From the human T2T-CHM13v2.0 reference genome, Homo sapiens, in the NCBI RefSeq assembly GCF_009914755.1, contig NC_060941.1: a DNA stretch of 64,000 nucleotides; one strand, written 5' to 3'. Position numbers and translations under genes: made by a program. The notes below the pieces were generated by a model. The model saw nothing but the letters and a program-made list of their open reading frames with translations, made no database searches and had not been told where the DNA came from. Of the stretch, positions 1-11,362 are shown one piece after another (within the stretch, counting starts at the first letter, position 1; every line of letters starts with the position of its first letter).

Positions 1-2143
1 TTGAGATCAGTAATTTAAGACATTTTAAAATTAGTATGTTCATAAACATGAACTGTACACTGTAAATAAATATATTTCACTTTTTGCCTCCTTTGCTTTC
101 CAGCTCACTTACCCTTGTTTTCCTAAGAATTAAGTTATATTTCTCCTGAGTCAGATTTTGTTACTGTGAAAAAGGGAACATAATTTAATTTAACAACCAA
201 AATATATTCTGAGTATATAAAAACTAAAAAAAAATTTGAATGTCTTTTAAAATTGTTTACAAGAGCATGTATTCATATACATTAAAAGCAAAGTAACTAA
301 ATGAACAAAATAAATAACATGATTGTGACTACTCAACTTTCACTTTGCAGGAAAAAAAATTTACTTTGCACCAATTACACATTCACAAATGTAAAGTGAA
401 AGTTACCAAATCTACGTGCAAAAGCAGGTAATTTTCTTCATTAGTCATGCTCTATCTTCAGATGACATAACTTTCTTAGGATGGTCAGGTTCTAAAAAAA
501 ACTATGCTTTTTCGTGACTGCCTTAGTAAACTATAGATATAATTTTGTTGCTTTTACTAAACTTAAGTATTCAAGGTTACACATAATTACAAAAGCACAT
601 CCCAAAAAAGAGGTCCCTGGGTATTTATGTGAACATTATATATACTTTAGGAAAGTGTATAGCAACTGCCCCCAGCAATGGGGGAAAATATCAGCCACGT
701 ACTTTGTACCGAGAAAGAACACTTTTAAATCCACTGCTAGAGCCTAAAATCACAGATGTCTTATTACACAATAAAGCTAAAAGTTCATTAAATTTTGCCT
801 ACATTAAAGAATGAATAATGCCACTGAAAGGTTTTGCTTATTTAAAGTAATTCAGTACCAAATCCTTCTGTCATTGCTGTTGTTGTTGTCTAATACAATA
901 ATCACACTCTCAATATATTTGTTTTATGAAGTTAATACTTTCATTTGGTTGAAATGTAATGTCAACTAGCATTATTTACACTATTTTATACCTTGAGCCA
1001 ATACATGGGTTGTACAAGGAAGTATTTCTAAGAAAATATTAGCCATGCCTTTAACTCTATCAAAAATGAAATTCTGGTTCTTATTAAAAAGAAATAGGCG
1101 CACTGCACTTACAATTCTTAATTTAACCCTTGAAAGAGTTTATTCATATCCTACCATGTTCCAAAGTCAATGAGGTAAGTTACTAAATAAATCTACACAC
1201 TGATCTACTTACAATTTTATAGAAGAGATTCACTAAAGTTTACCAATAAAAACAAATACCCAATAAAATATTTTATTCAAGAACAAAATTAAATGTGCCC
1301 TTTGCAAGGAAGATGACAAAAAATTTATATGTTCCAAGAGTGATGAAGGAAAAGGTATGGCTTAATTCTACCACCTCCATAGATAACTGTCATTCTAGTC
1401 ACAGAGTCAAAGAATCAGACTATTACGTAAGATTCTACACACAGTCTTCCTTTAATTATAATAACTAAAACCTTCTGAATTTTACTTTAAATTAAAGAAA
1501 TGTAATTTCACATACCTAATTACCTAAGCCTAAAATCATGTACTAGAACAAGGGCTCATTTCACTTATTATGATCAATGACTGCCACCTAGTGGATATAA
1601 CTTTCCTCAAATCTCTATATTGAGATTTCCTAGTGCTTACACTTCAGCTTTTACGGATGACAACTTCCATTCAAAGTGGCTTTTTTAGAAATTAAAAAGG
1701 AGAAGCAAGAAACTTTCACATTGCTTTATGTATCTTTTCTATGCATTAGTTATGAATTAGTTTTTTATTTAGATTGGAACATTACGTACTTATTTAAGAA
1801 GATGGCATAAACTTAAAGATAACTTAAAAATAAAACTATTCTATTACAATTCCTTTAAATCACAAATTCAGAAGCACTGTTTCTGAATGGTGAAAAAGAT
1901 GACATACAAACTATATAGTTCAATATACTTCAATACAAACATGCAGCTTCACTTAATTATACATACGTTTTATTTAAAGAAAAGCAAAACACACAACCAC
2001 AGCATTTCAATTAAGGAGCTTAGAAAAATTTCAAGTGCGTTCTTGGTTCTCCAGTTACCATTCCAATAAAAAACTTTTTAAACCAAAGTTAAAATTAAGT
2101 GAAAAAGAAAGAAGTCCCAGTAAGCAGACCGAACAATACAAAT
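1..2143 (-). other. ABCA5: ABCA5 3'UTR region (true end not determinable); minus-strand AATAAA hexamers at 1969-1974, 1764-1769, 1272-1277, 1139-1144
   Basis: Lies downstream of the TGA at 2144-2146; AT-rich; several TTTATT on + strand. Confidence 0.75.
1581..1595 (-). promoter_or_regulatory. CTCF core motif TCCACTAGGTGGCAG
   Basis: + strand ctgccacctagtgga closely matches the CTCF consensus. Confidence 0.65.
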
Positions 2144-2251
2144 TCAAAATACTACTCTATCTTCTTGTGTTCGTTCCCACCAAAGTGTGCTGTTTAAAGT
2201 TCCACAACTATTATCTTCCTCCTCTTGTTCTTTAGTGAGTTCTACAAAAAC
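2144..2251 (-). CDS. ABCA5: ABCA5 exon 39 coding part (VFVELTKEQEEEDNSCGTLNSTLWWERTQEDRVVF*)
   Basis: Acceptor ttcacctag|GTT; TGA at 2146-2144; 108 nt. Confidence 0.95.
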   Translation of the reverse strand, partial: VFVELTKEQEEEDNSCGTLNSTLWWERTQEDRVVF

Positions 2252-2868
2252 CTAGGTGAAAAGAAATAAATGAATACAGTATGCTGTATCTCAAGTACCT
2301 CAAAGAACTTTTAACTAAATCAGAAATGGTACAAGGCTATATCTAGTTATATCAACAAGTATCAAGAGATTTATTAACATTAACATTATTCAAACAGATT
2401 ATTTTCAAAAGTTACATGCAAAGATGAATACTATTTTAGATTAATAGATATGTTTTTTAAAAAATAATTCATAACTACTTAAACAATGTAATTTCAAATA
2501 CACTAATGTGAAACACCACCATCATGACTCACTTTCTTTACAAAATGAAAAAAACAGATATTCAAAATCAGCAAATGAAAGTTAGCTTGATTTAAGCATT
2601 CCATATTGCACACATGTATCAAAACATCACTGTACCCAATAAACAGTGTGATTTGTCAATTTAAAATAATATCAATTTAAAAAATAAAATTTAAAAAATT
2701 AGTAAGTGAAGAACCTAAGGTTGATTAAAATTATACCAAGTTTAAGATCATTCTGTACCAATTTGTCACTGGTTTACGATATCTCTCCCTCTCTAATATA
2801 AACCAAAACAATCGATATCAGATACTTTCTTCTATAAAATAATTTTTAAAAATTTAACTTTATAGTAC

Positions 2869-2924
2869 CTGTTCCAATGTTGCTTGAGAAAAGCTATATT
2901 CTTCAATGGCAAAAGCATGTTTAG
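2869..2924 (-). CDS. ABCA5: ABCA5 exon 38 (AKHAFAIEEYSFSQATLEQ)
   Basis: 56 nt, ag/gt boundaries, conserved ABCA YS.SQ.TLEQ motif. Confidence 0.95.
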
Positions 2925-3304
2925 CTATTAAAATATAAAAATAGTATTTTACTTATCAATATCTGAAAAAAATGGCAATACCTACCAAAGTGGCTAACAA
3001 TGTTTTAAAATATCTCTGTAATCAACCCACTTAAATTTGAAGCTGCCAAAACATGTTATTTTTCCCGCTTACTTCCTTTCTCTTCCCCACACCTATAATT
3101 CCTCTATAGCCCTAAGTACTGTATGTTGAATGTTACTTGTCTTATTTCACTTTTTCTAAGTTCTCCTCCATTATCTTTTTCCTGGTGATTCTTTTCATGT
3201 CTTCTTTTGATCCCTGCTCTCTTATCTCCCATTCTCCAACTCCACTGTAGCCTATTCTGGCTTCTTGAACTAGATTCTGGATATTGGTCCTATCTCCATA
3301 AACC

Positions 3305-3632
3305 TTTTGTTTTGTTTTGTTTTGTTTTTAAGACAAGGTCTTGCTCTGTTGCCCAGGCTGGTATACAGTGGCCTGGGCAACACAGCAAGTATACAATCAT
3401 GGTTCACTGCAGCCTCGACCTCCCAGGCTCAAACAATCTTCCCACCTCAGCCTCCTGAGTTAGCTGGGACTACAGGCACATGCCACTATACCCGGGTAAT
3501 TTTAAAAAATATTTTGTAAAAACAGAGTCTCACTATGTTGCTCAGGCTGGTCTTGAACCATGGGCTTAAGGGATCCTCCCGCCTCAGCCTCCCAAAGTGC
3601 TGAGATTATAGGTGTGAACCACCATGCCGGCC
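3305..3632 (-). mobile_element. AluJ-like SINE containing an internal inverted insertion
   Basis: (TTTTG)n tail, Alu dimer sequence, diverged. Confidence 0.85.
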
Positions 3633-4416
3633 AATAAACATGAATAAACAATGAACATCATGCAGGCCATATATTACAGACCAAAAAATAATTAATTAGT
3701 GTTCTTGGCAAAAGTAAACCCATTAATCCATAGCTGCAACAAGAATATATACAGTATCAGGAAATCTTTTTGTATTCAGTAATCACATAAAGAACAATCA
3801 TAAAAATCCTGTAGTTATTTTGAAAATTATTAATAATAAACCTTATACATAAATATAGGTTGTTTCACAGTTTATAAATGCCATAAAATAATCTGCATAT
3901 GAATACCTGATTCTTCCAGGAGGTGATCTCCCTCAACTGTCACCAGCATATATATATTTATCCTACATACCACTTATTTTTTAAATGCCAAGATTCTATA
4001 AGCTTCCTTAAAATTTTGGGGACTGCCCACCCCTCGCTACACTCAGAATTCTCTTTGCCACTGGAGTCTTGATAGTGTTGCTACTTCTATGGACCAGTAT
4101 GAAGTAAGGATTCAAGAAACTCAGAGCTCTTGCTGCTGGACTAACTGCAAAGACTCGATAATTAAGCTGACCCTTCTCATAGATGCAATGTGATAAACTG
4201 TGTCAATGCTCTCTAAAAATTGTAAAAGGTTTACATTACAATAGAGTTTATCTACAAAATCCCTATGACATTAGTGTTTACCTGTGTCTTAGATTAAATG
4301 AATAAAAGGTTATCTTCTTATCTGCCATAGTTTCTAAAATAAACCGAGTCCCCAGTTTTAAACTTCTTAAATAAAATTCTTTCATAATTTGAGAGCTACA
4401 ACATAAATGCTTTTCA

Positions 4417-4587
4417 ACTACTTACCTTCTTCCAGCTTAAAAAAAGATTGTGAAAGGGACTGAACATCTTCCTTAGGAATTTTATAAGCCAAAATAGAAG
4501 ATACTACTTACCTTCTTCCAGCTTAAAAAAAGATTGTGAAAGGGACTGAACATCTTCCTTAGGAATTTTATAAGCCAAAATAGAAGA
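4417..4587. repeat. Perfect 85-bp direct repeat x2 (4417-4501 and 4503-4587) separated by one T; covers most of exon 37 plus donor
   Basis: Base-by-base identity, period 86. Confidence 0.97.
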
Positions 4588-4591
4588 AAAA
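4512..4591 (-). CDS. ABCA5: ABCA5 exon 37 (SFSSILAYKIPKEDVQSLSQSFFKLEE)
   Basis: Acceptor tttttccag|TTTTT, donor GAAG|gtaagt, 80 nt, frame fits flanking exons. Confidence 0.95.
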
Positions 4592-5078
4592 CTGGAAAAA
4601 AAGATAAAATATGGAAAAAAATTAAAAATTACTACTATTATGTTCTAAAGCTAAAGTTCAACATGTTTAAAATTCAAAATTAAATTCAATAACTTATTTT
4701 GGTATTTAGTTGGATGAAAATTGTTTAAAATAATAACATTTTCATGCAAAACAACTCTCATTACTACTAAGAATGTTAAAAAAATTTAAATACTACTGAA
4801 TATTGAAAAATCTAATACTAAGGCAGATATAAAACACCAGCCATCAGACTTCATTAGTCCAGTATTGGTGATAATACAGAGAGAGATATATAAATTATCT
4901 ATCTACAGATACATATATTTCATATATATGAAAAAATATACATATATATTCACACACAGAGATATATATATATATGGTCTATGAATGAAAAGATGATTTT
5001 TCACTTAATCCTTAATATAATAACTTTTTATAACCTTTGCTCTATAAAGAAATATAACCACATTCTTTAAAATTTTAC

Positions 5079-5228
5079 CTTTCCTGACGGCTTGCATTTG
5101 GGAAAATATACTGAATTTCTCTTTGAAGGCGGTCTACTTCTAGGTTTTCTATCCAGTCCTTCAATTTAATTTCCAAAAAGTAGCCTTTTCCAAATTTACT
5201 CTTTAGATGTTGTACTGTTCCGATACAT
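5079..5228 (-). CDS. ABCA5: ABCA5 exon 36 (CIGTVQHLKSKFGKGY...NASRQES)
   Basis: 150 nt, ag/gt; overlaps ORF track 5075..5296. Confidence 0.95.
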
Positions 5229-5329
5229 CTGAAGTAATTTTTTAAAAGAAAGCTCAGATATAAAATGACAGCTTCAAAGAATAATCTCTCACACATATAA
5301 CTACATTTTAAAAAAATATACCTTTATAT

Positions 5330-6090
5330 TTAGAGAAAAATTACAAAGAAAATACAGCATCCCCATACACTCTTTATCCGGTTTCAGTTTCCCTAATCTT
5401 ATCATCTTATATTACCATGGTAAATTCCTCACAACTGAGACACCGACATTGGTACATTCCTTGTCACTGAACTCCATACTTTATTTAGATTTCACCAATT
5501 TTCTATTCGTGTCCTTTGTTTATTCCAGGTTCTATCCAGGATACCGTAGTGTTCTTGGCTGTCACGTCACCTTAGTCTCTAACTGTGGGTGACAGTTTCT
5601 TACTCTTTCTGTCTTTTTCATGATTTTGACAGTTTTGAGAAGTACTGGTCAGGTGTGTGTTAGAAGGTCCCTCAATTTGGGTTAGTCTGATATTTTTCTC
5701 ATGACTACACTTGGGTTATGGGTTTTGGAGAGAATATTACACAGCTGTAGTACTTTTTCCATCATATCATATCAGTGAATACATGATATCTGCACAACAT
5801 CGTTTAGTTAAGGTAGTATTTGCCAGCTTTCTCAACTGTAAAGTTACTATTTTTCTCCTTCTGTCGTTCATTTTTTACAAGAAACTGGCTAAGTCCCGTC
5901 CAAACTTGGGGGATAGGAGATTAAGCCTCCTCCCTTGAAGTGGGTATTATCTACATATATTATTATTTGGAATTGTTCTGTAAGGAAGATGTACCTCTTC
6001 TCTGACACATTTCTTTACTCAATTATTTATTTATGTAAGTAGAAACTCATATGTTTATTTCATATTTGTGTTACATAATTAATCCAATAT
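5330..6090 (-). mobile_element. Old L1M (L1MC/MD-like) 3' fragment
   Basis: Diverged resemblance to L1M 3'UTR; boundaries approximate. Confidence 0.5.
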
Positions 6091-6353
6091 ATAACAATTT
6101 TTTGAAATAACAAGTACTATGCCTAAAAATAATATTCCAAGTTATTGAAATATTAAGTGAATTCAAATTCAAAGTAGACAGCCATATTTTTAAAAAACTC
6201 AACATACTTCCAAGTCAATCTATCAAAAGCTAACTCAAAAACTAAAATATTTAACATTTAAATTACTAACTATTGCCATGTTTTTGAAATGATGACTTTC
6301 AAAATCCAACCCCCAACCTCTTCCCCTGAATGGCACGCTATTTAGACATCAAC

Positions 6354-6473
6354 CTTAACTGCCCAGACACCATGATAGCTACTCGATCACAGACAGCCTC
6401 TGCCTCCTCCATATAGTGAGTGGTCAGAATAGCAGCCCGCTTTCTGTTTTTAAATGCAGTTCGAATTGCTCGC
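6354..6473 (-). CDS. ABCA5: ABCA5 exon 35 ([40 protein letters not shown]; NBD2 H-loop)
   Basis: 120 nt, ag/gt. Confidence 0.95.
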
Positions 6474-6623
6474 CTATAAAACATAAATAAAACAAAAAGA
6501 GAGGAACACATCTGTTTGTTAAAAAAAAATGGGTTTTTAAAAATCCAACCGGTTGGTTAATTAAGTTAATTAAAACTTACCAAATATCAATTGCTATGGC
6601 TATTACATCCTGCCCAACTATGA

Positions 6624-6919
6624 TTTTTTTTTTTTTGAGACGGAGTCTCGCTCTGTCCCCCAGGCTGGAGAGAAGTGGCCCGATCTCGGCTCACTGCAAG
6701 CTCCACCTCCCAGGTTCACACCATTCTCCTACCTCAGCCTCCTGAGTAGCTGGGACTACAGGTGCCTGCCACCACACCCGGCTAATTTTTTTTTGTATTT
6801 TTAATAGAGACGGGGTTTCACCGTGTTAGCCAGGATGGTCTCGATCTCCTGACCTCGTGGTCCGCTGCCTCAGCCTCCCAAAGTGCTGGGATTACAGGCG
6901 TGAGCCACTGCGCCAGGCC
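6624..6919 (-). mobile_element. AluY-like
   Basis: Diagnostic gcaagctcc...cacaccattctcc; poly-T tail. Confidence 0.9.
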
Positions 6920-7160
6920 ATGACTTTTATATTCTAATTTATTTTCCCTTCATTTTGAAAGCTTGTCAAATGGAAAAAAAAAATCTATGATTTCAAATGT
7001 TAATATGGGCTAAAAGTATGACAACAAATAAATTTTAAAATTGATGCCTTTTCATGTTATAACCAAAACAGGCTTTGAATCATAAGAAAACCGTAACATG
7101 CATCCAAACCAAACCTTACATTTTATAGACATGGAAGTTGAGGCTTAAAGAGTTGTTCAA

Positions 7161-7462
7161 GGCCAGGCACTGTGCCTCACACCTGTAATCCCAGCAGTTT
7201 GGGAGGCCGAAGGGGGCGGATCACCTGAGGTCTGGAGTTCGGGACCAGCCTGGCCAACATGGTGAAACCCTGTCTCTACCAAAAATACAAAAAATTAGCC
7301 GGGCTTGGTGGCTCTTGCCTGTAGTCCCAGGTACTTGGAAGGCTGAGGCAGGAGAATCGCTTCAGCCTGGGAAGCAGAGGTTGCAGTAAGCCAAGACGGC
7401 ACCACTGCACTCCAGCTTGGTCAACAGAACAAGACTCTGACTCAAAAAAAAAAAAAAAAAAA
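7161..7462 (+). mobile_element. AluS with TSD AAGAGTTGTTCAA
   Basis: Full dimer, poly-A, flanking direct repeat. Confidence 0.92.
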
Positions 7463-7488
7463 GAGTTGTTCAACTAATTAGTACTTTA

Positions 7489-7818
7489 CAGGCACTGCAT
7501 AATGACATTTCAGTCAATGATGAAACACATTTCCAACAGTGATTCCATAAGATTATAATACTTTTATAATGTATCTTTTCTGTGTTTAGATACATCTAGA
7601 TACACAAATACCATTGTGTTACAACTGCCTACAGTATTCAGTGCAGTGACATGCTCTACAGATTTATAGCCTAGGAGTAATAGGCTATACCATATAGTCT
7701 AGGTGTGTAGTAGGCTATAACCACCCAGAGATTTATATAAGTACACTCTATTATGTTTGCACAACGACAACATCACCTTTCTCAGAATGTATCTCTGTCA
7801 TTAGGCAATGCATGACTG
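7489..7818 (+). mobile_element. Tigger3a/MER7-like DNA transposon (TcMar-Tigger)
   Basis: Ends resemble cagtcatgc...gcatgactg; internal cccataagattataat-like segment. Confidence 0.7.
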
Positions 7819-8179
7819 TCCTAGAAAGAGTCTCAACATAAATTTAAGACACTATTATTATGGAAAAGATCATTTGTATGCTAAATGACTAGAAAAAAAC
7901 TTAAAAACTATTCAGAACACTAGAACTCTTTATCTTAATAATGACTCATGCTTATTTCTGTTTCGGAATATGTAAAATATTATGAACACTTCATGAAAAA
8001 TATGCAAAGTTTTAAAAGCTTAAGGAAATCTCTAAATCTATTTAATTTTTAATTACTAGTGTATCGTTTGAATAGGATTTAAAATCAAGATGTACATATA
8101 ACTAACATTAAACTATTATAATAAAAGAAACTGTTCTATTCTAAAGTATCATGTACTGTGTCACAAGTACCATACTCAC

Positions 8180-8274
8180 CACATGTGCTGTTTGGCTTTG
8201 GGATCCATACCTGTAGATGGTTCATCTAGCAAAGTAATCTGAGGATTCCCTAGCATACTTAGAGCAAAACACAA
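8180..8274 (-). CDS. ABCA5: ABCA5 exon 34 ([32 protein letters not shown]; NBD2 Walker B)
   Basis: 95 nt, ag/gt. Confidence 0.95.
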
Positions 8275-8400
8275 CTACATGGAAAGAAAAAGATGGGTGG
8301 GAAATTAACAAAGGTTCACTATAAGGAATCTATCAAGACAATATCAGGTACTAAACTATCAATAAAAATACAGGCATTATTTGGTGTTTAATGAAAGTAC

Positions 8401-8476
8401 CTTTCGTTTGATTCCTGCAGGTAGTTTCTTTACAGTCTTCTGAAGATGTTCTTTTAAATCAAGTGCATGTGTTATT
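8401..8476 (-). CDS. ABCA5: ABCA5 exon 33 (ITHALDLKEHLQKTVKKLPAGIKRK; degenerate signature motif)
   Basis: 76 nt, ag/gt; ends at c.4320 by back-counting from the stop. Confidence 0.95.
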
Positions 8477-8921
8477 CTGCAAAATGAACAATACAAAATG
8501 AGAATACCATGATATATATAAACACAAATACCAACTGGGTGTGATCCCTGATGTTGTTTTCTCTAGAATAGTTACTTAGTCGAAGCTTATTATAAGTAGG
8601 TAAGGGCAAAAGTCTCCAATTTACATCATTTTAAATAAATTAATATCTTGATAAAATGGTTCACTTTGAATTAAAATAAGTTTCATGATATCTATAGGTA
8701 TATTTATCCTGTAACTAGAAATTAAAAAATGACCTTTTTATAACTATCATAATTTACAGCTATCAGTATATTTTCATATATCATAAAGAATATATGAAAA
8801 AGTAATAAACATTTTCTATAAAAATCATTGTCCACAGAAATGCTTGTTATGAAATTTTAAAAATATGAAATGCAAACCTTTCCTCTAAGTAACAAAAGGA
8901 ATCTAAAGACAATTATTTTAC

Positions 8922-9097
8922 CGACTTATGACTTCTTTCATGTCACTTGCACTCATTCCTTTGACAGCTCCATAAATTTCAAAATGTTCCTGCAATGTAG
9001 TATCTGGCCACAAAGGGTTTATCTGAGGACAGTAACCCATACACTTCAGTGAATCATCATCTTCACTTGTCTCTGAAGAATAATCTCCTAAAAATAC
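8922..9097 (-). CDS. ABCA5: ABCA5 exon 32 (VFLGDY...GYCPQ...KEVISR; NBD2 Q-loop)
   Basis: 176 nt, ag/gt. Confidence 0.95.
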
Positions 9098-9245
9098 CTA
9101 TAGAAACACAAACCAATTTTTATTATTTTGCTTAATTTACACTGTGAAGGAAGTGGCAAGTACATTAATTAAAACCCCTTCCTACAGCCAGACTAATATC
9201 AAGTCAGATTTGTACTCCTTTATTGTCATTATTATTATTATCACT

Positions 9246-9455
<210 letters not shown>

Positions 9456-10149
9456 TGATGATGGAAGGACATATAAAGCTAAGTCAGAGTTCAGAGACTT
9501 GGTCAGAAAGGGTAATACAGAGTTGGATGAAAAAGCAAGATGTAATTCTAATGATCAGGGAGCTTCACTGGAAGGTGACATTTGAGCCAAAGAGGTAAGT
9601 GAATTTAGTATATGTATTTCTAGGGTATAAGGTATAGCCAAACAAAGAAAACATCTTGGGCAAAAACCCAAAGAAAAGAGTATGCCTGGCATTTTCCAGG
9701 AAAGCAATGAGTTAGTGTGGCTGGCATAAAGTAAGCAAGGGGAGAGAAGCAGGAAATGGGATCAGGGTAGTTTTGTGAAGTATCCACAAAGTGGTCAGTG
9801 ACATGCTTATAATAAAAGACTAGCTGATGGCAGGTCAAAACAAGCTCCCATATCTCCTGAAGCTAATAAAACTGTCTTCCATTAAGTTGGTAGACAAATA
9901 ACTCACGCATGTAAGCATTACAAAAGCAGAAATACTGTATATGCGTGTGTCTACATGTGTCTATGAAAATTTCACCATGCACATTATTTTTACAGATAAC
10001 CCAAAAGATCATAATTTGATCAGGCTGTACAAAAAATTCTAAAAATATACATAAAAATTGAATATAAAATCCGAATTTGTCACTAAAAGTTTATGTTAAT
10101 TAACAATATAAATCACATTCAACATATCCTATACTCTTATATATCATAC

Positions 10150-10241
10150 CTGGCCTGAAGTTGGTTCAATATCACCAACCAGAATATTAATAATTGTGCT
10201 TTTGCCAGCACCATTTGGACCCAATAGTCCTAAGATCTCTC
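10150..10241 (-). CDS. ABCA5: ABCA5 exon 31 ([31 protein letters not shown]; NBD2 Walker A)
   Basis: 92 nt, ag/gt. Confidence 0.96.
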
Positions 10242-10339
10242 CTAAAGGAATTGAAAGAAAAAAAAATCATAATCAAATCATACTAAAAGTAGAAATTACT
10301 CTTCTAGAAAAGTTATGTAAGGAAAAATTAAATACCAGC

Positions 10340-10457
10340 CTTTTTTCACACAGAAAGAGATGTATTTAGTTGCCACTTTCTTTACTTTTCTTGAAAGAAG
10401 AAAATCTTTCTTGTCATCATATTCTTTATGCAAATTGCTGACCATAATGGATGGTTT
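10340..10457 (-). CDS. ABCA5: ABCA5 exon 30 (KPSIMVSNLHKEY...ISFCVKK); GC donor
   Basis: 118 nt; the frame is kept only with donor AAAG|gctggt. Confidence 0.9.
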
Positions 10458-10763
10458 CTAATAAGAAAAATTGTATTTAAAAAGAAAGTTATAAAACTTA
10501 TCATGAAATGACAGGCTGCACATACCTCATATCCATATTACAAAAATTATATTGGCTAATAAGGGGATACTGTACAAATAAATATCCATTTATGACTGAA
10601 ATTCTGGCTTATTCAAAAGTAAGTAAACGAAGTATTTTTTTCCAAGAAAGATTTTTTTCAGATTGCTTCATATGCAAAGAAAAATATTTTTCAGATTAAT
10701 TTCTATATACCGGGAATTGATCATTTCATATTTACTATGATTTAGCCATAAAGAATAAATTAC

Positions 10764-10890
10764 CTCCTCACAACACTGGCAACCCATCAGCTCTTTGACC
10801 TTTAGTCTTTCAGCTTTGACATCTTCATCTTCATCCTCATTGTCTGGTGGTTCTGGAAGCTTCCTATTTTTAGACTTCGTTGAAAGGTTT
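10764..10890 (-). CDS. ABCA5: ABCA5 exon 29 (NLSTKSKNRKLPEPPDNEDEDEDVKAER...CCEE)
   Basis: 127 nt, ag/gt; ABCA ED.DV.AER motif. Confidence 0.95.
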
Positions 10891-10997
10891 CTACATATAT
10901 ATAATAAATATAAAAGACAGTAGGTTTTCAAATAATTAAAATAGTAAGAAATTCAGATACTAGGTAGAGAAAAGACTGAAAAAATACACTAACATAA

Positions 10998-11362
<365 letters not shown>

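Noticed and set aside
514-2235. Short plus-strand ORFs antisense to the 3'UTR
   Set aside because: 60-77 aa, no recognisable homology, expected by chance
4426-4506. The duplicated copy as an independent or mutually exclusive exon 37b
   Set aside because: It has no polypyrimidine tract, only about 10 nt separate it from the real exon, and both candidate AGs give out-of-frame exons; only its donor is plausibly usable
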